From: an uncultured Bacilli bacterium
Lineage (GTDB): Bacteria > Bacillota_I > Bacilli_A > RF39 > UBA660
Direction of reading: 5' to 3'
DNA length: 64,000 nucleotides
NCBI GenBank assembly: GCA_947623685.1
Contig: CANQHF010000002.1
Location: 17,913-81,912, forward strand
Part shown: positions 36,765 through 47,122 of the stretch, in pieces
Layout of the letters: the number at the start of each line of letters is the position of its first letter
Numbering within the stretch: position 1 is the first letter of the stretch
Made by a program: the position numbers and the translations under genes
The notes under the pieces: generated by a model
Told to the model about the DNA's origin: nothing
Databases searched by the model: none
What the model saw: the letters and a program-made list of their open reading frames with translations, nothing else

Positions 36765-37295
36765 TTAAAAATATTTTTTAATTAATTCTTTTATAAAGGA
36801 TTTGTACTGAACATCATTAGCTTCATCTTCATCTTCAGCTTCTAAAATGCATAGAGGTGGAAATAAAACGCACCACCAATTATCACCTTTTCCTTCTCCT
36901 AATGTTACCAAAAGAGATTCGTAATAACCAGCATCATAAGTTATTCCCTTATATGTTTTTTCAGGAAACTCATGCATTCCATAATCAATTGTATAAGAAT
37001 ATTCAATATCTTTCATTTCATTATTTAAAATATTATCAAAACTATCAATATTATTTTTAATTAACGTTCTTGCTTCGTTTATATTTTCGGTACTTTTAAG
37101 TAAATTATATAATTCTTCTTGCATTTTATCTTTAATATCTTGTTTTATTTTTTGATCCCTTGGTGAATTACTATTTGCTAAAATTCTAAATCTAATAGCA
37201 GAATCAGGTATTTTAACGGTTTCATTACGATTTGACTTATAAAACGTCATTAAAATCATTAACAAGGCAAATAATAAAATTATAAATTTTTTCAT
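36765..37295 (-). CDS. spoIIR: Stage II sporulation protein R
   Basis: 176 aa. Signal/TM segment, IRFRILANSNSPRDQ, and GEGKGDNWWCVLFPPLC. Confidence 0.85.
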   Translation of the reverse strand: MKKFIILLFALLMILMTFYKSNRNETVKIPDSAIRFRILANSNSPRDQKIKQDIKDKMQEELYNLLKSTENINEARTLIKNNIDSFDNILNNEMKDIEYSYTIDYGMHEFPEKTYKGITYDAGYYESLLVTLGEGKGDNWWCVLFPPLCILEAEDEDEANDVQYKSFIKELIKKYF

Positions 37296-37330
37296 ATAAA
37301 AATCACCTTCTATTAACTAGTGGGTGATTT

Positions 37331-38047
37331 TTAATAATTATATACAAATGCATACCTATTTTTATCCGACAAATCTTTTTTTATTTCGACCGCCGCTTTA
37401 GGTAAATACTTTTTTGATAGCTTTTTTATATCATCTTTCATTGAAGCACCTATTTCAAAAGCAATTAAATACTTATCCTTAACTACTTTTTTTGCATCAT
37501 TTAAAATGCTTTCATAAAACTGTAAACCATTATTTTTTGCGTAAAGGGCCAAATGGGGTTCATTATTTTTTACAACGGCTTGGATTGGTTCATTTTCTTT
37601 TATGTATGGCGGATTACTTACTATGATGTCTACTTTTATGTTATTTTTTATGTATGGTTTTAACATATCTCCTTCTAAAAACATTACGTTCGCATCATTT
37701 TTAATGGCGTTTTTTTTAGCAACTTCTAAAGCCTTATCACTTATATCTGATGCATAAATCTTAGTATTAAGTTCTTTTGAAAGACTAATTGCTATGGCAC
37801 CACTACCCGTTCCAACGTCTATAATAGTAGGATTATCAAAATCTTTAGTTCTTTTTATTACTTCTTCTACTAATCCTTCTGTTTCTCTTCTTGGAATAAG
37901 TACGTTTTTATTAACGTCTAACTCATAACCATAAAAGTTAGTGTTACCAACGATGTATTGGACAGCTTCTCCATCTTCTAATCTTTTAATTGCTTCGTTA
38001 ATGTTACCTTTATAATATTTTTTTAAATATTCTATTTCTTTTTCCAT
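37331..38047 (-). CDS. prmC: Release factor glutamine N5-methyltransferase
   Basis: NPPY motif (VSNPPYI) and SAM motif (IDVGTGSGAIA). Lies downstream of prfA. Confidence 0.9.
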   Translation of the reverse strand: MEKEIEYLKKYYKGNINEAIKRLEDGEAVQYIVGNTNFYGYELDVNKNVLIPRRETEGLVEEVIKRTKDFDNPTIIDVGTGSGAIAISLSKELNTKIYASDISDKALEVAKKNAIKNDANVMFLEGDMLKPYIKNNIKVDIIVSNPPYIKENEPIQAVVKNNEPHLALYAKNNGLQFYESILNDAKKVVKDKYLIAFEIGASMKDDIKKLSKKYLPKAAVEIKKDLSDKNRYAFVYNY

Positions 38048-38076
38048 AAGCATCACCTATAAAAACAGCCGAAGAA

Positions 38077-39132
38077 CTATTCTTCAGCCAATTTTCTTCT
38101 TTGATCTTCAGTTATTAAGGCTTCTATTACATCACCTAATTTACCATTCATAATTCGATCTAATGAGTTTGTTGTATATCCAATTCGATGGTCAGTAACC
38201 CTATTTTGTGGATAATTATAAGTTCTTATTTTTTCAGATCTATCCCCAGTACCTATTTTACTTTTTCTTATTGAACCTAATTCTTGTTCTTGTTTTCTCA
38301 TCTTAAGATCATAAATCCTTGATTTTAATATTTTCAAGCCTTTTTCCTTGTTTTTTATCTGACTTCTTTCGGTTTGAGAGTAAACAACAATACCCGTTGG
38401 AATATGTGTTAAACGAACGGCACTATCCGTTGTATTTACACCTTGCCCACCATTTCCACTGGCGCGGGTAATATCTATTCTTACTTCATTCATATCTAGC
38501 TCAAAATCAACGTCATCAACTTCTGGCATAACAAGTACCGTTGCGGTAGATGTATGAACCCTTCCTTGAGACTCTGTTGCTGGAACCCTTTGAACACGAT
38601 GTGCTCCTGACTCATATTTAAGTTTAGAATACGCTCCAGCTCCTTTAACCATAAATGATATTTCAGAAAATCCACCTGATGCGCCTGGGGTACTTTCTAG
38701 ATTTTCAATTGTAAATCCTTCATTTTCTGCATATCTTAAGTACATATTATATAGATCCCCCGCAAAGATATTGGCTTCATCACCACCAGCAGCTCCCCTT
38801 ATTTCAACTATTATGTTCTTATCATCATTTGGATCTTTTGGTAATAATAAGATTTCTAATTTTTTTTCAAGTTCTTTTTGTCTTTGTTCTTGTTTTTCTT
38901 CTTCTTCTTTGGCAAAAGCTCCTAATTCAGGATCATTTGCTAACTGTCTTGCCTCGATGTAATCTTGTTTTGCTTTTAAATATTCATCGTAACAGCTTAT
39001 TATTTCAGATAAACTAGATTGTTCTTTGGATAATTTTGTTGTTTTAGCAATATCATTAATAACTTCTGGTTTGGATAACTCATTTGTTATAAAATCATTT
39101 CTTTTTTTTATATCTTCTAATCTTTCAAACAT
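38077..39132 (-). CDS. prfA: Peptide chain release factor 1
   Basis: 351 aa. PAT tripeptide (RVPATESQGRVHTS) and GGQ motif (SGNGGQGVNTT). Confidence 0.96.
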   Translation of the reverse strand: MFERLEDIKKRNDFITNELSKPEVINDIAKTTKLSKEQSSLSEIISCYDEYLKAKQDYIEARQLANDPELGAFAKEEEEKQEQRQKELEKKLEILLLPKDPNDDKNIIVEIRGAAGGDEANIFAGDLYNMYLRYAENEGFTIENLESTPGASGGFSEISFMVKGAGAYSKLKYESGAHRVQRVPATESQGRVHTSTATVLVMPEVDDVDFELDMNEVRIDITRASGNGGQGVNTTDSAVRLTHIPTGIVVYSQTERSQIKNKEKGLKILKSRIYDLKMRKQEQELGSIRKSKIGTGDRSEKIRTYNYPQNRVTDHRIGYTTNSLDRIMNGKLGDVIEALITEDQRRKLAEE

Positions 39133-39570
39133 TTATTCTTCCATCTCTTCTTCTGTTACAACTACTAAATCATCTAAATCATCCATTTCATCATCAGCAT
39201 CATCGAATTCATCTAAATCACTTTCTACTGCATCATCTTCAGTTTCTTCATTTATTTCTTCTTCGTTTTCTTCTTCTTCTGATTCGATTGCATCATCATC
39301 TTCATCTATTATTGTTTTTACCGAGTGGAACTCCTTTAAATCCCATTTCATATCATCTAAAAGCAAGAATCTTTTATCAGTTGTTAAATTAGTATAAAAA
39401 TCACCAATCATTTCCATCATACTATCATCATTTATTGAAAGTAATTTGCATACTTCTTTAAATAAATCTGGAGTTGTTTTAGGTTTTTTATCTAGCTTTA
39501 ATAATTCATAAGCTATATCGGTATAAGATAATAATTCTAATTCCTCTAAAGGCATTTGTCTTACGTTCAT
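39133..39570 (-). CDS. rpoE: RNA polymerase delta subunit
   Basis: 145 aa. N-terminal HARE-HTH-like domain (SYTDIAYELLK...DGDFYT-like) and a long acidic tail. Confidence 0.85.
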   Translation of the reverse strand: MNVRQMPLEELELLSYTDIAYELLKLDKKPKTTPDLFKEVCKLLSINDDSMMEMIGDFYTNLTTDKRFLLLDDMKWDLKEFHSVKTIIDEDDDAIESEEEENEEEINEETEDDAVESDLDEFDDADDEMDDLDDLVVVTEEEMEE

Positions 39571-39581
39571 ATTTTTTCCTC

Positions 39582-41210
39582 CTACATTTTATCAGGTGCT
39601 AAAACACCAATTAATCTTAAAGCGTTTTTTATTGTTATTTGAACGGTTTTTATCAAACCTAAACGTTCAGATGAAAGAATTTCATCATCAGTTAATATTC
39701 TATGTTTTCCATAATAATTATGGAACATACTTGCTAATTCATACACGTAATTAGTAACTAAATGAGGTTCTTTTTTAATGGCTGATAAACTAACTACGTC
39801 TTCAAATTCATAAACTTTAAGTAATAGTGCCTTTGAATCAGCATCTTTTATGTTTTTGATGTTGGTATTTACACTAATTCCTTTTAAATTTGCATCATTT
39901 AAAATAGAGCATATTCTTGCATGGGCATATCCAACGTAGAAAAATGGGTTTTCATTCGACTTTTTAACCGCCAAATCAATATCAAGATCCATTTGCCCAT
40001 CAAGACTTCTTTGAGAGAAAAAGTATCTTGCACAGTCTTTACCTATTTCATCGGTTAATTCTTTTATTGTGACATTACCACCGGTTCTTTTACTCATCTT
40101 AACCATTTCACCGTTTTTTAACAATCTAACCATTTGAAGTAACCTTACTTCTAACTTATCTTTATCATAACCTAAAGCTTCAATGCTTGCCTTAAGTCTT
40201 GATACGTAGCTGTGGTGATCAGAACCAAAAACATCTATTAAAAAATCAAAACCTCTATCAAATTTATCTAAATGGTATGCAATATCTGGTACTAAATACG
40301 TATAACTACCATCACTTTTAATAAGTACCCTATCTTTATCATCACCATAATTAGTTGTTTTAAGAAATAAGGCATCATCTTTTTTATAAGTTAAATTTTT
40401 CTCATCAAAAATTTTTAAGGATTCTTCTATTCTTCCTTTAGCTCTTATTTGTTTTTCTGATGTCCAAACGTCAAATAAAACGCCAAAGTTAGCTAAATCA
40501 GTTTTTATTATGTTAAGAAGATAATCTACCGCAATGTTTTTAAAATATTCTAAATCTTCGTTTAATTTATTATCACCATACTTTTCCTTTATCATTTTGG
40601 CAATATCTATTATTTCACTACCATAATATCCATCTTCTGGCATATTTTCTTCTAAACCACATAAACCATTGTACCTTTGTTTAACCGAGATACCAAGATT
40701 ATTTATTTGGTTACCGGCATCATTAATATAATATTCTTTTGTCGTGTTGTAACCACAAAAGGAAAGGATGTTTGCTAAAGAATCTCCGTAAGCCGCTCCC
40801 CTTGCCGTTCCTAAATGAAGGATACCCGTCGGGTTTGCGCTAACAAATTCTATATCTACTTTTTTACCATTTCCTATGTTATTTCTTCCGTAATCATCCT
40901 GCTTTTTTATTATGTCTTGAGTGCCGCTAAAAACATATTCATCAGTTAAATAAATATTAATAAACCCAGGATTAGCAACTTCTGTTTTTTCTATTTCTTT
41001 ATTTTTGTTTATTAAATCAACTAAATCATTTGCAATATCAACCGGAGCCTTTTTTAAGGCCTTAGCAAGTTTCATTGCAATATTACTTGAAAAATCTCCA
41101 TTTTCACGTTTTTTTGGAATCTCAATTAATATATCTTCTTCGTTAACATCAATTTCTAGTTCCTTTAAAGCGCAAAAAATAATGTTTTTTATTTTTTGTT
41201 TTAAATTCAT
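39582..41210 (-). CDS. argS: Arginine--tRNA ligase
   Basis: Start MNLKQKIKN. Contains the HIGH-like NPTGILHLG and the KMSK-like KMSKRTG. Confidence 0.94.
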   Translation of the reverse strand: MNLKQKIKNIIFCALKELEIDVNEEDILIEIPKKRENGDFSSNIAMKLAKALKKAPVDIANDLVDLINKNKEIEKTEVANPGFINIYLTDEYVFSGTQDIIKKQDDYGRNNIGNGKKVDIEFVSANPTGILHLGTARGAAYGDSLANILSFCGYNTTKEYYINDAGNQINNLGISVKQRYNGLCGLEENMPEDGYYGSEIIDIAKMIKEKYGDNKLNEDLEYFKNIAVDYLLNIIKTDLANFGVLFDVWTSEKQIRAKGRIEESLKIFDEKNLTYKKDDALFLKTTNYGDDKDRVLIKSDGSYTYLVPDIAYHLDKFDRGFDFLIDVFGSDHHSYVSRLKASIEALGYDKDKLEVRLLQMVRLLKNGEMVKMSKRTGGNVTIKELTDEIGKDCARYFFSQRSLDGQMDLDIDLAVKKSNENPFFYVGYAHARICSILNDANLKGISVNTNIKNIKDADSKALLLKVYEFEDVVSLSAIKKEPHLVTNYVYELASMFHNYYGKHRILTDDEILSSERLGLIKTVQITIKNALRLIGVLAPDKM

Positions 41211-41584
41211 TTTAAATCGCTCCATTCTATATTATAAATAAAACTATCACTAAATTCATCATTCATAAACAAATCATATTCTATTTTAATTGAATTATCA
41301 TTTATTTTTAGTTTTTTTGTCTTTGCTTTAGCTTTTATTTTGATATTTAAATCCTTAATGAAATAAAAACCAGTTAAAGATTTATCTTTTTCAAACTCTA
41401 AATTAAGTTTTATGTCTTTGTTATTCTTTCTTAAAATAACCTTATTTTGCTTTATTAATAAGCTTATTAAAGACCCATTATCATAATAAGTAATATTATT
41501 ATCCCTTTTAATTGCTAATTTATTTTCTATATAAGGTTTTTCATCTTTAGAAAAAATAGCAACTTTAATCTTTATTTTTGACAT
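41207..41584 (-). CDS. DUF1934 (YwiB-like) protein
   Basis: About 125 aa starting at MSKIKIKVAIF, immediately upstream of argS as in Bacillus (ywiB-argS). Confidence 0.6.
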   Translation of the reverse strand: MSKIKIKVAIFSKDEKPYIENKLAIKRDNNITYYDNGSLISLLIKQNKVILRKNNKDIKLNLEFEKDKSLTGFYFIKDLNIKIKAKAKTKKLKINDNSIKIEYDLFMNDEFSDSFIYNIEWSDLK

Positions 41585-41699
41585 AAAAACACCTTTAAAT
41601 TTTTCTAGTAGCAATATAGCATAGAAAATAAAAAAGGTCAACAAAATACTAATATTTTATATTTTTTTACAAATACTAAATTTAGAAAGAAGGCGAGTT

Positions 41700-43676
41700 A
41701 TGAAAAAAATAAAAATATTTTCAAAAATAACGATAGCCTTAATGCTTATCTTTTGCATATGCTATTCAGCCTTATTTTTATGTGCTAAATATGGCTCTAA
41801 AATAGATATTGAAAATTCTAATAGTATATATATGTATGATAAAGATAACAAAAGTTTTTACGAGGGAAATAATGGTACTAAAAAATGGATAAAACTAAAA
41901 GATATATCGCCAAATTTAATTAACGCAACAATTTATTCAGAAGATAAAAATTTTTATAATCATAATGGCTTTGATATTCCAAGGATAATAAAATCTATGC
42001 TTATAAACATTAAAGAAAAAGATTTAACCCAAGGAGCATCAACCATTACCCAGCAATACGCAAGAAATTTATTTTTAACGTTTGAAAAAACTTGGAGAAG
42101 AAAAATAAAAGAAGCTTGGTACGCCTTTAAGTTAGAAAACCAATATTCAAAAGATGAAATACTTGAAGGGTATTTAAATACAATAAATTATGGTAATGGT
42201 ATTTTAGGAATCGAAAACGCAGCTTTATACTATTTTAATAAATCCGCTAAAGACCTAAATTTAGCAGAAAGCTCTATTTTAGCAGGAATTCCTAAATCGC
42301 CAAATAACTATTCACCATTAAACGATGAAAAGGCCGCTAAAAAAAGGCAAAAAGAAATATTAAAATCATTAGTAAATAACAAGATAATATCTAAAAAAAC
42401 CATGGAAGATACTTTAAATGTTAAATTATCTTACTATGGAAAAAAAGAAAACCTAAATTTATCTACCCTAATGTATTATCAAGATGCCGTTATAAGGGAA
42501 TTACAAAGTCTTAAGGTAGTAAGTGATGATACGGTAAGGCAAGAAGGTTTAAAAATATATACAAACTTAGATATTAATGCGCAAACAGCGTTAGAAAACG
42601 CCATAAAAAATAATTTGGAAGACAAAGATGAAATGCAAGTATCTGCCGTTGTTATAAATCCTAATAATGGTGCTGTTATAGCACTTTCCGGTGGAAAAGA
42701 TTATTCTAAATCACAGTATAATAGAGCCGTTCAATCAAAAAGACAAGTAGGAAGTGCAATGAAACCTATTCTTTATTACGCAGCCTTAGAAAATGGATTA
42801 ACACCCGCAACTACTTTTTTAAGTAAACCAACTACTTTTTCTTTAGATAATGGACTAACTTATTCACCTAGCAACTATGGTAATATATATCCTAATGATA
42901 AAATAACCATGGCTCTTGCAATATGTTATTCAGATAATATATATGCAATAAAGACGCATCTTTTTTTAGGAGAAGATATGATGATTAAATATGCTAAAAA
43001 AATGGGCATAGAAAGCAAATTAGAAGCAAATGCATCACTTCCCTTGGGAACCAATGAATTATCTATTTTAGAATTTACTAACGCATATGCCACTTTAGCT
43101 AACGAAGGTTATAGCGTAAGTGAACATTTAATACAAAAAGTAGAAGATGGTAATGGTGATGTTATTTATGAGAATAAAAGTCAAAAAAGAAAGGTATTAA
43201 ATAAGTCATATACATACATATTAAGTGAGCTATTATCTAATACTTATGATGTGTCTTTAAAAAGTTATACTTCTCCTACTTGTGCGTCAATTGCTCCTAA
43301 AATAACTAAAAAATACGCCGTTAAAAGTGGAACTACTGATTATGATTTATGGACCGTTGGATATAACCCAGACGTCGTGGTTGGTGTTTGGACGGGGTAT
43401 GATGATAATAGAAAACTATCAAATAAAGAATACAAATATTCTAAAAATATTTGGGCTGATACAATTGAAGGATATTTAAGAGAAGAAAAGGCCAAATGGT
43501 ATGAAAAGCCAGATAACGTAATTGGTGTGTTAACGGACGTTAACACTGGTAAAGTAGCTACTAACAATTCGAAGTTAAAAACCATTTTGTATTATATAAA
43601 AGGAACTGAACCAGGTTATAAAAGCAAAAATACCGATTCAAAGAAAACAACTACTAAAAAAACGACTAGCAATTAG
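41700..43676 (+). CDS. Bifunctional class A penicillin-binding protein (glycosyltransferase/transpeptidase)
   Basis: 658 aa. GT51 motifs (EDKNFYNHNGFD; GASTITQQYARN). Transpeptidase motifs SAMKP and KSGTT. Confidence 0.9.
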   Translation: MKKIKIFSKITIALMLIFCICYSALFLCAKYGSKIDIENSNSIYMYDKDNKSFYEGNNGTKKWIKLKDISPNLINATIYSEDKNFYNHNGFDIPRIIKSMLINIKEKDLTQGASTITQQYARNLFLTFEKTWRRKIKEAWYAFKLENQYSKDEILEGYLNTINYGNGILGIENAALYYFNKSAKDLNLAESSILAGIPKSPNNYSPLNDEKAAKKRQKEILKSLVNNKIISKKTMEDTLNVKLSYYGKKENLNLSTLMYYQDAVIRELQSLKVVSDDTVRQEGLKIYTNLDINAQTALENAIKNNLEDKDEMQVSAVVINPNNGAVIALSGGKDYSKSQYNRAVQSKRQVGSAMKPILYYAALENGLTPATTFLSKPTTFSLDNGLTYSPSNYGNIYPNDKITMALAICYSDNIYAIKTHLFLGEDMMIKYAKKMGIESKLEANASLPLGTNELSILEFTNAYATLANEGYSVSEHLIQKVEDGNGDVIYENKSQKRKVLNKSYTYILSELLSNTYDVSLKSYTSPTCASIAPKITKKYAVKSGTTDYDLWTVGYNPDVVVGVWTGYDDNRKLSNKEYKYSKNIWADTIEGYLREEKAKWYEKPDNVIGVLTDVNTGKVATNNSKLKTILYYIKGTEPGYKSKNTDSKKTTTKKTTSN

Positions 43677-45667
43677 TCGTTTTTATCATTACTTTCTTTT
43701 TCTTCTTTTAATTCACCTGATAAAGCTTTTTTTAAGTCTTCTTTGCTCATTGTACTATAACCTTTAATTTTCTTTTCTTTTGCCATTTCTTTTAATTTAG
43801 GCAAAGAAACATCATCTAACATATCGTCATCTGGCATTTTACCATTTTCTGCTAAATAATCAATTTGTTCTTTAGTTAAGGTTTCATGTTCAATTAATGT
43901 TGATGCTATTAAATCAAGTAAATCTCGATTTTTTTCTATTATCTTTTTAGCCTTATCATAACACTCATTAATTATTTTTCTTACTTCATTATCTATTTCA
44001 AGTGCTACTTGATCTGAGAAATTACGATTTTTATTATAATCTCTTCCTAAAAAAGAACTTCCTTCTGGTGTTTCTAGCTGAATAGGTCCAAGACTTGACA
44101 TACCATATTCAGTTACCATACTTCTTGCGATTTTAGTTGCTTTTTCAAAATCGTTATGTGCTCCGGTTGTTATTTCTTTAAACACAACTTCTTCAGCAAC
44201 ACGGCCACCTAATAATCCCATTATTTGTTCTAATAACTCGGTTTTTGTAGCCGTATATTTTTCTTCTTTAGGAAGCATCAAGTTATAACCACCAGCTTGT
44301 CCCCTTGGAATTATGGTTACTTTTTGAACATCATTTGCATTATCAAGTTTAATACCTAATACGGCATGCCCAGCTTCATGGTACGCAACAAGCCTTTTTT
44401 CTTCTTTAGTATATTTTTTAGTTATTTTAGCAGGCCCCATAATTACCCTGTCAATTGCTTCATCTATTTCTGACATAGTAATTGCACTTTTTTCTCTTCT
44501 TACTGCTAGTAAAGCTGCTTCGTTAAGTAAGTTTTCCAAATCTGCTCCTGAAAAACCAACCGTTCTTTTTGCAATATTATCTAGGTGTACGTTTTTAGAT
44601 AATATCTTGTTTCTTGCGTGAACTTTTAATATTTCTTCCCTTGCTTTCATTTCTGGTAAAGCAACGGTTACTTGTCTATCAAACCTTCCTGGTCTTAATA
44701 GTGCTGGATCCAAAACGTCTGGCCTATTTGTTGCAGCAATAATTATAATTCCTTCGTTTGCTCCAAAACCATCCATTTCAGTTAATAACTGGTTAAGGGT
44801 TTGTTCTCTTTCATCATGCCCACCACCAATACCAGTTCCTCTTTGACGACCTACCGCATCAATTTCATCAATAAAAATTAAACATGGTGCATTTTGTTTA
44901 GCTTGTTTAAACATATCTCTTACACGGCTAGCTCCAATACCTACGTATAACTCTACAAAATCAGAACCTGATATAAAGTAAAATGGTGCGTTTGCTTCTC
45001 CCGCAACAGCCTTTGCAAGTAAGGTTTTACCTGTTCCTGGTGGACCTACAAGTAATACTCCTTTAGGTATTCTAGCACCTAATTTAGTGAATTTTTTTGG
45101 ATTTTTTAAAAAGTCAATTAACTCTTGTAATTCTTCTTTTTCTTCCGGAAGACCCGCAACATCTTTAAACGTTACTTTTCCTTTGTCTGGGTTTAGTTTA
45201 GCCCTACTTCTTCCAAAATCCATTGATCCTTTTTGACCACCAATTTGTCTTGTGAAAAACCAAAAAGCACCACCTATTAAAATTAGGTATGGTAATACGT
45301 TCATCAAGAACACATACCAAGTACTTGATGCTGGATCTGATTTAGATACTATTTTGAAATCCTTTTTTTCACTTGCTTTTACAATTTTTTCAACAACAGC
45401 ATCAGAAAGTGGGGTTTTAACACTAAATGTCTCACCTTTTTTAGCATCTCTTAAAACTCCCGTTAATTGGTAAGTATATGCCTTCGTAGAAGGTGTTATT
45501 ACTACTTCTTTAACATTATTTTTTGATAATGCCTGATTAAATTCGTTATATGTTAATTCCTTATTTAAATTATTGGTCATATTATAAAACAATAATATTG
45601 CTAAACCAATAATTAATAACATAGTATAAGGAAATATGCCCTTTTTTATATCTCTATTATTTTGCAT
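43673..45667 (-). CDS. ftsH: ATP-dependent zinc metalloprotease FtsH with a C-terminal Rho_N/SAP-like tail
   Basis: Walker [17 protein letters not shown] zinc site. C-terminal segment [28 protein letters not shown]. Confidence 0.95.
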   Translation of the reverse strand: MQNNRDIKKGIFPYTMLLIIGLAILLFYNMTNNLNKELTYNEFNQALSKNNVKEVVITPSTKAYTYQLTGVLRDAKKGETFSVKTPLSDAVVEKIVKASEKKDFKIVSKSDPASSTWYVFLMNVLPYLILIGGAFWFFTRQIGGQKGSMDFGRSRAKLNPDKGKVTFKDVAGLPEEKEELQELIDFLKNPKKFTKLGARIPKGVLLVGPPGTGKTLLAKAVAGEANAPFYFISGSDFVELYVGIGASRVRDMFKQAKQNAPCLIFIDEIDAVGRQRGTGIGGGHDEREQTLNQLLTEMDGFGANEGIIIIAATNRPDVLDPALLRPGRFDRQVTVALPEMKAREEILKVHARNKILSKNVHLDNIAKRTVGFSGADLENLLNEAALLAVRREKSAITMSEIDEAIDRVIMGPAKITKKYTKEEKRLVAYHEAGHAVLGIKLDNANDVQKVTIIPRGQAGGYNLMLPKEEKYTATKTELLEQIMGLLGGRVAEEVVFKEITTGAHNDFEKATKIARSMVTEYGMSSLGPIQLETPEGSSFLGRDYNKNRNFSDQVALEIDNEVRKIINECYDKAKKIIEKNRDLLDLIASTLIEHETLTKEQIDYLAENGKMPDDDMLDDVSLPKLKEMAKEKKIKGYSTMSKEDLKKALSGELKEEKESNDKND

Positions 45668-46996
45668 TTATTTCTCCTCCTTAAAGTACTTTAATATTAT
45701 ATCATATTTTCCCCTTTTTGACTTATCATATTTAGACTTTTTAAGACCAGGAACCCATAAAATGTTATTTTCTTTATCAACTAAAACCGGGTAATTACTT
45801 CTTTTTTTTATATCAACTTTTTCATCAATAAAAACATCTTTTATTTTTTTTGATCCATTAAGTCCTAAAATAGAAATTCGATCACCATCTTTTTTATTTC
45901 TTACATATAATGGAAGCTTAATTTCATTACTATCTAAAGCGCATATATAATTAGATTTTTCATCTAATTTACTTACCTTTTTTATAGCATAACCATTAGG
46001 TAAACTTAAATAACCATCAAAAACATAGCAGTAGCTATTATACTTATTAACTTTATCGAAATATATCTTATTATAGGTTTTAAATAAAGTTTTATTTCGT
46101 GGTAAAAAAATAATAACATTTGATTTATCAGATTTGATCATATCCAAAATAAGGTTGGTATGTTTATTATTAATGATTTTAATGTCATCCTTATACTCAT
46201 TAAGTAAGTATTTTTCGATTATTTTTTTTATTATGAAATCTTTTTGCTTTTTTAAACTTACCAAGTCTATTTTGTTATCTTTTACTATTTTTTCATAATT
46301 ATTTAAAACTAGTTCTTCTATTACTTCATCACACTCTTGTAATTCTTTTGAAAATGATAAAAATTTTTCATGGACATTTTCATTTTCCTTTTTTAAGAAT
46401 TTAAGCATTTTATTTCTATATCTATTTCTTGTGTATTTGGTGCTATTATTTGACTTATCCGTTGCGTAAGGAATGTTATTTTCTTTACATAACCTTTTTA
46501 TTTTATCTTTTGTTATATAAAGAAGTGGTCTTATTATTTGATAACCATTCCTTTCTGATTTTAATGTTATTCCGGCATAACCTTTAAGGTTTGAACCCCT
46601 TACAATTCTCATTAAAATCGTCTCGCTTAAATCATCACCATGATGAGCGGTAAATAAATATTTTGATTTATATTTATGCATTACTTTATCAAAAAATAAA
46701 TATCTTTTTTTTCTTGCTTCTTCTTCGGTAAAAGTATCATTTTCATATTTATCTATTTTCATAAACTCAAATACTATTTTATTTTTTTTACAGTAATCTT
46801 TTAATAATATTGCTTCTTTATCACTTTGCTTACGGTGATTATGGTGAACGTGGGCACAAATAATTTTATTATTTTCGTATTTTTCCCTTAATAAATTTAA
46901 TAAAAACATAGAATCTGGCCCATAAGATACCGCTACTACTAAAGTACTTTTTTCATCTATATTTAAATTGTCTAAAAAAGTATTAACATAATTCAT
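45668..46996 (-). CDS. tilS: tRNA(Ile)-lysidine synthetase
   Basis: PP-loop in VAVSYGPDSMFL. 442 aa, immediately upstream of ftsH. Confidence 0.88.
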   Translation of the reverse strand: MNYVNTFLDNLNIDEKSTLVVAVSYGPDSMFLLNLLREKYENNKIICAHVHHNHRKQSDKEAILLKDYCKKNKIVFEFMKIDKYENDTFTEEEARKKRYLFFDKVMHKYKSKYLFTAHHGDDLSETILMRIVRGSNLKGYAGITLKSERNGYQIIRPLLYITKDKIKRLCKENNIPYATDKSNNSTKYTRNRYRNKMLKFLKKENENVHEKFLSFSKELQECDEVIEELVLNNYEKIVKDNKIDLVSLKKQKDFIIKKIIEKYLLNEYKDDIKIINNKHTNLILDMIKSDKSNVIIFLPRNKTLFKTYNKIYFDKVNKYNSYCYVFDGYLSLPNGYAIKKVSKLDEKSNYICALDSNEIKLPLYVRNKKDGDRISILGLNGSKKIKDVFIDEKVDIKKRSNYPVLVDKENNILWVPGLKKSKYDKSKRGKYDIILKYFKEEK

Positions 46997-47089
46997 AAAA
47001 TCACCTTATCGTATATTGTAACATAAAATGATAAAAACAACATAAATTTATGCCGTTTTTATCTTTATTTTAGATACATTTATTTTTAT

Positions 47090-47122
47090 ATAAAAAAAGA
47101 AAGCCATAAAATAGCTTTCTTT
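47090..47122 (-). terminator. Intrinsic terminator after rpoC
   Basis: On the minus strand, AAAGAAAGC-TATTTTATG-GCTTTCTTT is followed by TTTTTA. Confidence 0.7.

Noticed and set aside
41585-41699. Possible T-box leader for argS
   Set aside because: argS follows the DUF1934 gene with overlap. The 115-nt divergent region upstream is too short and AT-rich to hold a T-box, and I found no specifier or T-box sequence.
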